In this document: in pieces, positions 52,568 to 64,000 of the stretch | Layout of the letters: each line of letters opens with the position of its first letter | Numbering within the stretch: position 1 is the first letter of the stretch | Source: Nageia nagi | Taxonomy: Eukaryota > Plantae > Pinophyta | Reading direction: 5' to 3' | Assembly: GCA_050084985.1 (NCBI GenBank) | Contig: JBITNC010000002.1 | Span: 18,476,001-18,540,000, forward strand | DNA length: 64,000 nucleotides | Translations under genes and position numbers: made by a program | The notes under the pieces: generated by a model | The model's database searches: none | Seen by the model: only the letters and a program-made list of their open reading frames with translations | Told to the model about the DNA's origin: nothing

Positions 52568-53140
52568 ACAACATGTTTATGTGAAGTCAGTTTATATATT
52601 TGTAATTTGTATAAATAGATCACAACTATGAAAAAACAAATATCTCCTCCTTAATAATAGAATATAAAATCTCAATAAAATATATCAATATGATAAGCAA
52701 AACAAAATTGCAATTGTCATATACTCAACTGTAATATAAAATTAAAGGTATGCAAAATATGGTAATATAATGGGTAATTTCAAGATTACCAATTTTAAAA
52801 AATATGTTGCTATAAAATATTTGTATGTAAATTTGAAAGGAATATATATATATACACACACACACTCAACTTTTGATAATAAAAACCTTCAAAAATAATG
52901 AAATCTATGCAAAAATTATAGCAATATGATAGGAATACTAACAATAATACATGTTAGTATGCAACAAAAATATATTGTTATGTTAAGTAAATCAAGATTT
53001 AGAGAAGTAAGATTATACTTTAAATCACTTTTACCTCTCAATGGAGTGAAGGATAAAAAATAAGAACCTCCAAGATGAATATGTAGAGCCTCAACTCCAA
53101 GGATGTGAAGAGGGGCCTTCAAGTTGCTCTGATACCAATT

Positions 53141-53611
53141 TGAAGGAACTAACACTAACAATATAATTTTTAAACTACCAAGATCACATAAAAGCTCACA
53201 ATTACATCCAACAAATACACAAAGTAATCTCACAACACAAGATGTAAAGTGGTTCCTCCAACTAGGTGTACATCCACTAACTAGATCTTTACTTCTCTCA
53301 TAACTCTCTTACAATTCTTCTAATCTCAACTCCTACACTTCTATCCTATAACATATTCTTACTCCACAACTGGTATATCATTACAAAGAGGGAGCCTTCT
53401 ATTTATAGGACAAAATCCCTCTTTGGATGACCTAAGCATGACATGTACATCTTTGACCCAAGGGGCATGCTCATGATTTGGAGTGTAGGATAAGTTACAT
53501 TATTATATTCACTAAAATACTTAAAGTATCAAATAATACCCTTAAGTATTAGTGAATTTACATATAATATTTAATACATCTATTTACAATAATGCATTAT
53601 ACATTCCAACA
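53141..53611 (-). repeat. 5' LTR of the minus-strand non-autonomous element
   Basis: Adjacent to the PBS at 53126-53137 and followed by the TSD ACTTA. Confidence 0.95.
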
Positions 53612-53629
53612 ACTTACACTAGCTTTAGT

Positions 53630-54200
53630 GCTATACATGACGTTAATGCTGGGGTATATTTGTAGGTCCTTGTTGGGTGGACAAATAAAGAACCATCATC
53701 ATTTTGAATACTTCTACTAGCATTGATGCTACACATAGCATTCATGCTAGGGTATATTTGTAGGTCCTTGTTGGGTGGGAAAATCAATAACCATCACCTT
53801 TTTTATGACATCCATAAATGGGGCATATTTTTGCCATCATAATGATGTGCATTCATGAATAGGGTATCTGTCTACTTTCATGATAATGTGACTTTCGTAT
53901 GTTATAATCGTATTTTTTGGTTGGATATAAACTAACCATCACCGTGATTACTATATATGATTGTATTTTTGCATCTATGAATAGGGCATTAGGTCTTACT
54001 ACGATGATATATTTATGAATAGAGTTCTTTTTACTTCCATGATGATGTGTATTCATATTATATTAATCTCATCCTTGTTTTTTATTGCTATATATTTTGA
54101 GATAGAATGTTATTGCATAAGTCCATGAATGGGATGCTTAGTTCTACTATGGTGATTTTTATCTATGAATAGGGAATTCAGTATTTCCATGATGATGTTA
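53630..54200. repeat. Degenerate tandem repeats (2 x ~100 bp, then ~40-bp atgaataggg units)
   Basis: gggtatatttgtaggtccttgttgggtgg occurs at ~53652 and ~53750. A related unit at ~45060-45120 lies on the other side of the LTR element. Confidence 0.65.
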
Positions 54201-54213
54201 TGTATGTGCATAT

Positions 54214-54689
54214 GGGTGCATGCAAGAAGTTAGGTCCACTAAAAGTGGAAATGAGCAGACTCAAAAAATATTTCGAATAGAATGGGATCCTTTGTTGTAA
54301 AAATTAGGATGCCATTTTGTTTTAGGTTACAAAGCCAAAATAAAAATGGGATCCCATTTCGAAAAACTACAAATTAATGCAAAACAGGATCTTGTTCCTT
54401 TTCACATGGATATGTAGTACTTTAAATAATGGGATTCTGGTATATAATGAGATCCTATTCGTATCGATATTATTTTTTATAACATGATCCTGTTTCAAAT
54501 TTAAAATTCACTTCCCTTAGAATTTTCCTTATATTTTAGTTTGGGAGAGGCATGGTGAGCCAACCCTTAGCCCTGGATATGCACATACAAGTTCCTATCA
54601 ATGGCAATGGAAAAAAAATCAACTTTTAAAGTATACTTGATAATCTTTTTTATAGAATTATTTTATGAAATTAAAACCCATTATAGATG

Positions 54690-54749
<60 letters not shown>

Positions 54750-55389
54750 CAATTGAATTATGTTTTCTATTTTTCAATTAATTTTCAATCAAATTTGTCC
54801 ATAAGCTTGAAAAAGTAGGTTGTATTATTTTTTTTTAAAATTTTTTATTTTTTAGAATCATGAAATAAAATTATATGATAACATTCTACACATAATTATC
54901 TACTAATGTTTTTTTTCTAAAAAGGGATAAGTTTAAGTCAAGTTATGCTAGCCCAACAAAAGCACTATTACAAAATGTAATTAAGAGCAATATTAATTAA
55001 TAAAAAAATATTTCATTAAAAAATTATGAAAAATATTCTCAACATTCTTCAATGTCTTAACTATATTATTATAAAAGGATTTTAAAAAATATTTTAATTT
55101 AGGTCAAATTATGTGGGCCCAATAATTATTAGTATGATTCTTAAATAATAAATTTTAAATAGTGGATTTTATACATGCTTATAAAAATTTAATTTCTATC
55201 ATATGGGTATTGGAATATTTACATATTTGAAAACTAAACTTGGAGCACTACATTTTTGCTAAAGTGACCCCTTTAAGATTCCATCTCTAAGTGCTTCAAA
55301 TTTTGAGATCAATTGTGACCAGACTGAAAAAAACAAAAAAACCATCAACTTTTTGGCCATAAAGTGGACCCATCTTCTTGTACTTACCC
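54214..55389. mobile_element. Non-autonomous TIR DNA transposon (~1.18 kb)
   Basis: TIRs gggtgcatgcaagaagttaggtccact / agtggacccatcttcttgtacttaccc (21/27 inverted match), flanked by atat on both sides. Homologous to 12897-14009. Confidence 0.82.
54694..54747. repeat. (AT)27 microsatellite
   Basis: Read directly. Confidence 0.97.
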
Positions 55390-56719
55390 ATATTATGTTG
55401 ATTATTGCTCTTATTATTATTACTATATTTTTAAGAGATGATCACATGTATGTTTTAGATAATGATGCTTTTTGTCTCTTTGTTGACATATCATTCTTTA
55501 CAATTGATTATTTTGGCTTCTTAAATATTTCATCTCTTCACAATCAATGCAAAGAGGTGGCAACAAATATCATCAAACATTGATGATCTGAGAGCTTTAC
55601 AAGAAGAGCATGAGAGTATTATTATTTTTTCTCCTTTTCTTTTTCCTTTGCAAACATAATTACATTTCATTTCATTAAATTTGCAAAGGGGGGTATCTGG
55701 TAACACTTAATTTTATCTACACTTCATTTAGATATATAAATGAGCCTATAAATAGCGATGTTCCATAGGAATGTAAGGGAAGATAGAATGAAAGAACTTG
55801 ATTTCTTATGAAATCAATTATTCAAGTCATAAATAAGTGCTTTGAATACTAGTGTGTACTAAGAATTTGTAGTTATTGAAAACCATTGCAATATACTCAT
55901 ACTTTATCATTTTAAAGTAAGGAGTGTTATAGAATTTGTATTAATATTATAATAAGGCTCTCCGTTAGCGAGACTAAAGGATAATAGGCATATTAGGTAT
56001 GGTTATCAAGTTAAGACTTCATATATTGGTATTATTGATAGTAGAATTAGGTTTATTACTTTCATAAATTTATGTGAATATGATGTAATATATTATTATT
56101 TTTATTTATGTTGCAAGATTGAAATATATTCATTTATATTTTATGAGATATAATTGTATGATACTTGCAATTTTTATTTTGAGAATACATCTTGCTCATT
56201 ATTATCTTCTTCATAGTTTTAATCCTAGAGTTTTTATATTTATCCCCATTATGAATTCACTTATGTTCGTTAAGAAAATCTATTTCAACTTTTAACCTAA
56301 CACTTCTAGTAAGATACACTTGATTCGTAGGTCTTTTACACATCTAAAACCCTAAGTTTTATATGTAAAAAAAGGGTTTTCATATAATTTGATAGATAAT
56401 GTAAGCACCAAAAATAGAATTATAACGACAAATTTGAATACACTAAAATAAGTGAAACTATAATTAATAAAAGTTACGCCACAAATTTAGAAAATTGAGA
56501 TCCACCAAAATATATTTAATGAAAATTGACTAATTAATAAAAATTTAACTAATTAACACAACATAATATGATGATAAAAAGAATCAAGATGATATAGAAT
56601 TGATTGATAACAAAATAAAAGAAGAAGTACAATATATAAAATATATGAAGGATATATCTTTTTGATTTGAAGATATTGTATTTACAAAATATACTAGATT
56701 CATAGAAGCTTTGTAGCAT

Positions 56720-57310
56720 TTTACGAAAAGGTGAGTGAAGTTGACGTCTTTTGCCCGCCCTACTCATTTAGTATTAAAGAATACTAGTGATGAATCACTT
56801 TAACTTTCTCCTCTGGTTTCTTGTCTTGTTCACATACTGTAGCTGACGAAACCACTTTGACTATAAACAGAAGCGTAAATTAATCGAAGAACGGACACAT
56901 ACTAATTAAGTAGAACGTCATTAGTAGCTACAACAACGCATATTAATCAAAATCAGCAGCAAGAAATAGAGTGCCGAGTTATCAAACGTGTGTTTAAAGT
57001 ATTGATGGTCAGCAAAACTATGCTACAGCTAACCGCGGAGTTATAATTCCATACGCATCTGGGTTGAGCAGCTTCAGTGTGGATTTATCTGGAACATTCT
57101 TACTCCTAACTAATTCTTAGAGTGTCGGAATCATCACGTTATGCAGGCGAACGCAATCCATTGAAATATGCAGTAATGCATTGCAAATATATGTAAAATA
57201 AAAGTTTAAGATTTTGTTTGAATTTTTTATGTTGATTTTTTAATTTTCTTTAGATCTTTCTTATTCAGATGTTCAATATTGTTCTTAAGTTATTAAATTT
57301 CGTTGACGGT
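56720..57310. promoter_or_regulatory. CpG-retaining non-coding island, candidate distal cis-regulatory element
   Basis: About 20 CpGs against a strongly CpG-depleted background. It contains TTGAC, TGACG, ACGT-core and CCGCGG motifs, with no ORF or TE hallmark. Confidence 0.45.
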
Positions 57311-60069
57311 GGGTTTTGTAAAATACAACTTGAAAAATGTATTCTTTTGATGAGTAATCAACTCTTAAATTCATTGTCTAACTAGTAAAAACAAAAATTA
57401 CATTAAGAAATATATAACAATAAAAGTGTTATTGAATATCACAAGGAGGTAAGTGGTTGAGTAAGGGGGTGACATCTTAGAAAAGGTCATCATAGTTTCT
57501 AGATGTATTATGGTATTAATTTGAACTCCTCATGTAATAGGTTATTTCTAACCTTCAATCAAATTTGTTCATATATTTTGGATGTACATCCTATATACTT
57601 TGAATGTATATACTTTAAATCAAGGTTAAAGTCAGCCAGATTCAAACACCCATTACCAATCTAAGCTTGTTGCAACACTTTTCAGCTATTTTTGTATGGA
57701 GTCCAAAAATAATATATGCCTAGATTATATCTTGAATTTGGTTGGAGGATAACCTTTTCCCCATGTAATAATGTAGTAACGAATCAAGGAATAGTATTAC
57801 ATTTTCTAGGAAGATAATAGTAGTTTCTAGAGACTTATTATGACCACTTGTTACTTTTGTGACCTATAAATAAGGAAAACATGTAATATATTTATGCAAG
57901 AAAAATGCCTCATAGGAGTTGAAAGAATATGTTAAAGTTTTTGACAAGTCAATAAGAATGATAGGATGGTAAGAATGGAGATCATAGACTCTTCAATCGC
58001 TTTAGCTCTTCATCATTTCAACATATATTTATCTTTTTAATATGTTTTCAAAGTCTTCATATATAAAATAAATTCATTTAATGGTATTTATGAGGAGATT
58101 ATTCAATGCAATAGATTTGTAAAAATAAAGGATGATCAAAATTAGTTAAATGAAATAAGATTATTTGTTTCAATACAAACATTTAATCATTATGATCTAC
58201 ATGAGTAATAAAAGATAAAATTATGATACTTGATCGATATTACTCTAAATTTTGACTTCACATGATCAAGCACTTTTGATCTTTTGAACCTAAAATCTAG
58301 TACATGTTCAATGAGAAGATTATTAGTATCTTTATTTTAAAAGATTTTTGTGATCCACCTAATTCCATTCTAACAAAGACCAATTTTTTTTTTTAGAATA
58401 AAAATTCATTATGGACCTTGGATTAAAAAAATTATAAAAGGATAAAATAATTATAATAAATGCTTAAATATTGGCTTAGCCCCTTTGAGATTTTCCATGA
58501 ATATGAGAACTATATAGCCAAAGTGAATGATGGGAGATTTTGCATGTATGGATCTCGATATGCTATGTGAATCAAGTATGATGAATGATATGTTATATCA
58601 TTTTGTATAAAAATATAAGAATTTGAATGTTTGAGTGTAGTGTGCATGAGCAAAATCAGAAGGCATATTAAAATATTCATTATCTTTATAATGCCATAAT
58701 AAAATATTGATCCAGTATGTTCATTTATAGCTATTTTAAAATTTAGCTAGTGTATTTATAATAATGTCAAAATTCATATGCAAAGATGATGAGGATATAC
58801 ATTTTTATATGGCTATATTTTAACCCTTTTATGATATGTGATGTATAAGGCTTGATGCAATGGAAAAATATTATTTATTATTTTATGTATTTATCCCATA
58901 AAGTGAGTTTGCATTTAGTTACATGAAATATTGTTGAGTTTGCATTTGACACTCTATCCGTTTGATTATTTCTCTATCATCATCATCATCATCATTTTGT
59001 GTGTATAATTATTTAGCTTATGTATTGCATATGTTGTTCGTTGATTAATCTTTTTGATGCGATATTTTGATTATTGATTTATTCTTTATGTATAGATCTT
59101 AAATGTATGATTTTATGGATTACTAGTTTTAAATGGTTAATATATACAAAAATATTTTTATTGATGGGTGACAAACTAAATAAGAAGCTAAAATTGGCTT
59201 TTAACATTTTAAATGTAAACAATATTTATTTTGTTAAAAAAATTAAAGACATGCATTTGATTTTAATAAAGATGATTCCATACATTTAATAAAGCTATAC
59301 TTTTGATTTTTTAAAAGATGTTAACCAAACGTTAGTAATTCTATCAATGCTTATGATCATTGATGAATTATAATTTAATAATTTAAAAAAAAATATTTGT
59401 TAGATTATAACATTTAGGATACTTTTAATTTAAAGGATGTTAGAGATATCTAAAATATGATAAGCCATCATGATACTTATATAAGTTTCTCTATTCATTT
59501 CAAGATTCATGTTATCCTTATGAAGTGAGGTAATTGATACTACACCAAAATTGGATTTCCAAGGTAGCTCTTTTATAATGAATCTTTCATAACAATGTAA
59601 AACTATTGTAATAGATATAATAGAGGATAATTTTTATGAGTAGTTTAAAACCTACCCTCATCAAATATATTAAACAATGGTTTTTAAAGGTGATGTTATT
59701 TAACCATCCTTATATATAATAAGATGGTAGTTTTAAACAATCCCAAAAATTCATACCAAAAATATGATTTGTGGACATACATCCTAGTAAAAGTTAGGGT
59801 TTATTACCTAAATTAGTAGTAAATAATTAAAGGTAATAGAGCAAGAAGTGAGAGAGAAAGAGGAAAGAGATATGAGAGATGAATGATTCCATAATCATTG
59901 TTTACAAATTAAGGTATGAAGTTATCTTTTATTAGAATTGAAATGCTACATTGATACAAAAACCTGTAACATCATCTAGATTATTGTTGATATTTTCTAT
60001 TTCATATGATAGAATATTGAGCAGTGGAATATCATCTAGAAAAATACTTTTCTAACATATTATGATTCA

Positions 60070-60400
60070 CTACAAAATTTATATGAAACATCATTTCAAA
60101 GGACCTCACATGTTGCATAGGATCTCCTTAACCATCATACATCTAAAAACTTGGCCCATTTTGGTGCTTAGGGATGAAGGTATTGTGGATCTTAATAAAA
60201 AAGGGATTGAATCCCTAATAATCTTTGATGCTTTATATCAATTTATATGAATTTTAATATCCTTAACTTGATTTTTCAAATCTTCTTATGGAGTGAAAGC
60301 CCTACTTCCATTACTATATTCACCTTTACCACTTTGCTCAACATAAGTCGTGAATGTTTGAAATTTCTCAAACTTAGATTTTTTCATGGGACCCATTTAT
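60070..60400 (-). mobile_element. Truncated gypsy (Tat/Ogre-like) gag fragment
   Basis: The minus strand reads PSF*MYDG*GDPMQHVRSFEM (~60155-60093), resembling the P.F..YDG.GDP..H..F gag motif. Confidence 0.5.
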
Positions 60401-62731
60401 GAAATACTTGAATTACAATATCTATCTTATCAAAAAAATCCTAGGGGTTTTTTCACAATTAGTATGTTATAAAAATATTGGGTTTACCAATTCGTTGATA
60501 CTATTTTTTTTAAAAATTTATTTAATATCAATTATAATTAATAACAAGGCTAATTAAAGAAATGAAAATAAATGATTGTAACATACTAAATCTAGCACTT
60601 CACCTAACCAAATTTGAATATAAGTTACTACAAACCTATCATTTACTATCAAGATTTTGCATCCATAGGATATAGAAGTCTCATTCCCTATATTCAAACT
60701 TTCCTTTCTAGAAAGAATAATATATCAATGTACTATAAAGAATTGGTACACACTGGTGCACTAATTTATAGTCATCCACTCTTAAATCCTTTGAATTCAT
60801 GTTCATCATAGGATTTGCCTCCCAAGGTTATCATACCTAAATGTGATATTATGAATAAGGAATATAGTAATCATTTACGGTACAAATATAGACTTGATGG
60901 GTGGCATTGAGAGATATTGAACATATAATGTAGTATAATATATGAAGATATAGATATGAGCAATTACACATATTTCTTCCCTTAAATAGATGGGATGTTT
61001 CACCATTGGCCAAGACACCTTCTTAGCTCCTTGGACCTATCACCAAAATGATAAACTATAGAAAAATAAAGAATTAAATGACTTTTAGAATTAGACACCT
61101 AAAATATAATTTTTAATCAAATACAAATAAAATTTAGTTGTTAAACATGAGTCTTCCTTTTCTCTTTTTTAATGATAAGCTCACTATGAACAAACGAGAT
61201 GTGTTATAGATATACTTTTCTATAATTCTACAAAATTATGCTTATGGAATTAATTTCAATAATTACAAAATTAAGAGAATTATTTATTCTATAAAAAACA
61301 TCTATGAAAAGGTAATAATAGACATATATTATGTAGATATTTATTTTATAGACCATGAAATCTTATTTTGTAGTGGTAACGTAAAGATTCTATTTCATAA
61401 ATAAAATATAATTTATCTATCAAACACATTTTGTGTTATCTTAAATATTTGGAAATCTAATTAATTATAAAAAGAATTATTTTTATTAGTGAACACACAA
61501 TAGAATAGAATAGAATCATTCACAATAGTCATATGTTAATAAATATAGAAATAACTAAAGGAATATCATAAGTTACACCATGTGTTGAAAGGTAATATTC
61601 CATATTTTGTTTATCATTTACTAGATGAATATGTAACAATTGAAATTAATTTATAATTTCTGAAATTGGCGTAGACTTTTTACTACATCTATTGAGTGTT
61701 ATAATTATAGTTCAAGATTCTATTATACCAATACTTAAGAACTCTTAGAATTAAGATACTAAGTATATTAGGTTGTGAACAACCATATCAGTAGCATTTA
61801 TATCAAAATTGTATATTTCAAAAAAGTTCAATTCATAATTAAAATTTATTTTATCAACAAATAAATGAAATATGCATTTAGTTTATGATAATATTTAAGT
61901 TTTAAGCTACTTCTCGATAGAAGTATACTTGATTCTTAGAGAAAGGGATTATTATAAGTGATCCTCCAATTGGAATCCTAAAGGAGGTATTTTATTTATG
62001 GTTATAGAATAAATGAATAATAATAATTTTGATTACACTATATTAATTATAATTGCATAGATGATTTATGTTATTGATTAATTAAATAGATTGTAAGTTA
62101 TGATTACATAATTATTTAATTTATGTTAGTTATGGTTTGGTTGCATTCTTTATTTGGTAGTACTTAGTTTTTTTAATATTTATTTTTTCAATAATTTGTA
62201 TATTAGTAATACTTGGTATCTGTAAGTCTTTGGAAAGAGTATTTTCATAATCAATAACCTAGTTTGGCTAAGGCTAGTATCCTTAGGTAATGGGGCAAAA
62301 AGTTATTAATGCAAATATCTATTATTGTTTCATATATTTTGTATGGTATCTCATAAGTATACATACCCATATTGATATAGAAAATGCTCATCATTCCAAT
62401 AGTATGACTAAATAATTACCAAAAAAATCATAATATATTTATAAGAAGAGCCTTCACTTTTTTTTTAGGTTTATTTTTCTTTAAATCCCTTAGCTCTCAT
62501 AATATTTGTAAGAAATCTAAAGTAAAAGGGGAATGAATAAATATATAAAATGAGAAAATCCAAGCTCACATTATACACCAGATAATCAACAAATTAATAA
62601 AAAATTAGAAAAAAAGTTATTATAATTTTCTTTTATCACTTTGAAAATGTAGTCTTGGTTATTATAACTGCTACATCTCCAAAGGGAGTAAATTGTAAGT
62701 ACATAATTTATTTTGTTTATTAAAAATGAAT

Positions 62732-62751
62732 ACACACACACACACACACAC
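62732..62751. repeat. (AC)10 microsatellite
   Basis: Read directly. Confidence 0.95.
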
Positions 62752-64000
62752 CACACGCACGCTAAGAGGCATCTTACAATAGAAATTAGGGGGAGGGCCA
62801 AGGATCCAAATATATCAATGGTAAACATTTTTAAAAATAAAATAAAAAATTTAGCTAACTAAAAATTGAAGGACTTTAAATTTTTAAAATAACTATATAA
62901 ATACTAATAGTATTCATCAAATTTATCGAAGTAGATTTCAAAAAAGAAAACTATAAACAAATTAGATTTTGAATAATAGAAGAAGAGGGTCAAATCAATG
63001 AGTTGTACATACATTTTTGTAGTCCATGAAACTATTTGTATTGTGTATTTTATCATTTGTGTGTGCTTTTTTACACTTCCACAATACACATACATATGTA
63101 GTAGGAGACCTAAAATCACTATATATAACATAAATCCACTTCTAAAATATTCTTTGGTGTATGTATAAAAGTTATTAAAATTTTCAACTTGTTGCTTGCT
63201 ATAAAGAAGTTGGGAAAGGTGATTTAATCTTTTTACACCATTTTTATTATTATTATTTTTGTGAAATAGTGTAAATGCCTATGAAGTTGAATCACTCCCA
63301 AAAATTATTAAATTTAAATGTCTTATCTAGTCTTACAATAAAAAACTTATGGTTGTTCACCAAATTGAGTAGGGACTAACTACAATATGTTTTGGAGAAG
63401 ATTGCATTCTATTGGAGTCTAGAGAAAAATGTTTGAGCTCCCATTATAGCCATAGGGTCTATGTGAATACCACTATGCATAAGAGAAGATGGCATGATGT
63501 TGAACTGAATCCCATAATCTTTATGTCCAAGCTTGTTTGAACACATATTTGATAAAATTAATAAAGAGATAATGAATGAAATTTTGAATGGCATTTTTAG
63601 TTATTTAAATCAGTGATACTATAACAAATAGTATATTCAATAGAGATTAAAATATAGAATTAATTTAAGCATTCTTTGTATAACATAAACTAATAAAATA
63701 AATGCAATGCTTTAAGAAAATATTTATAGTAAGTAATTTAGATCTAATTATATAAAAAATATTATATTTAATTATGTGTTAGAATCCATTTATAAAATAA
63801 TAAGTCAAGAAATTATGGTTCCTTTAGTATGGCAAAAGAAAACAATGATCAAAATAGTAATCAAACAATCACATAAGACAGTTGAGATAAGTATAACATG
63901 GTTCACTTAATGTAGGCTACATCCATGGATAAGTCTTCAATCCTTATTGTATTCAAATCCATAAGGTAAAATATTACAACCAACAACCTATTTTTCTACC

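Larger units (their letters stand above)
45128..53611 (-). mobile_element. Non-autonomous LTR retrotransposon (LARD-like, copia-type cis signals), 8.5 kb
   Basis: LTRs at 45128-45603 and 53141-53611 (~93% by hand count), perfect ACTTA TSD, perfect tRNA-iMet PBS (gctctgatacca, 53126-53137) and PPT (ctcccccttaa, 45604-45614). No RT or integrase motifs were recognised inside. Confidence 0.92.

Noticed and set aside
52268-52574. CV/YI-rich minus-strand ORFs
   Set aside because: They are translations of the microsatellite.
57460-58095. PPT-like aagggggt, TATA and tggtat PBS-like remnant suggesting an LTR
   Set aside because: No second copy, termini or TSD, and the signals are too degenerate.

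Overview
AT-rich, CpG-depleted plant nuclear DNA. The PPR and retroelement sequence style suggests a gymnosperm or conifer, which is an inference and not a database result. There is one probably functional gene, a three-exon R2R3-MYB (39581-41310, + strand, 436 aa if spliced, closest to the MYB41/74/102-MYB9/107-MYB53/92/93 clade). It has a non-canonical GC donor at intron 1 and clustered substitutions in normally conserved MYB residues. The rest is mostly old transposon and pseudogene material: scrambled, tandemly amplified PLS-class PPR relics (1-4230, 36830-37345); a degenerate chromoviral Ty3/gypsy element (14203-19734); a degenerate Ty1/copia element (29075-35536) with an extra PPT/mini-LTR/PBS/PPT cassette before its 3' LTR; a 5'-truncated L1 LINE; a poly(A)-tailed element carrying a non-LINE ORF; a solo LTR; a younger non-autonomous LTR element with a perfect TSD (45128-53611, minus strand); two related ~1.1-kb TIR elements; and many mini- and microsatellites. 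A CpG-retaining, motif-rich non-coding island lies at about 56720-57310. I see no prokaryote-type system such as CRISPR. The best candidates for something undescribed are the microhomology-joined PPR mosaic arrays, the apparent LTR replacement in the copia element, the poly(A)-tailed non-LINE ORF element and the atypical MYB. All identity figures are hand estimates.
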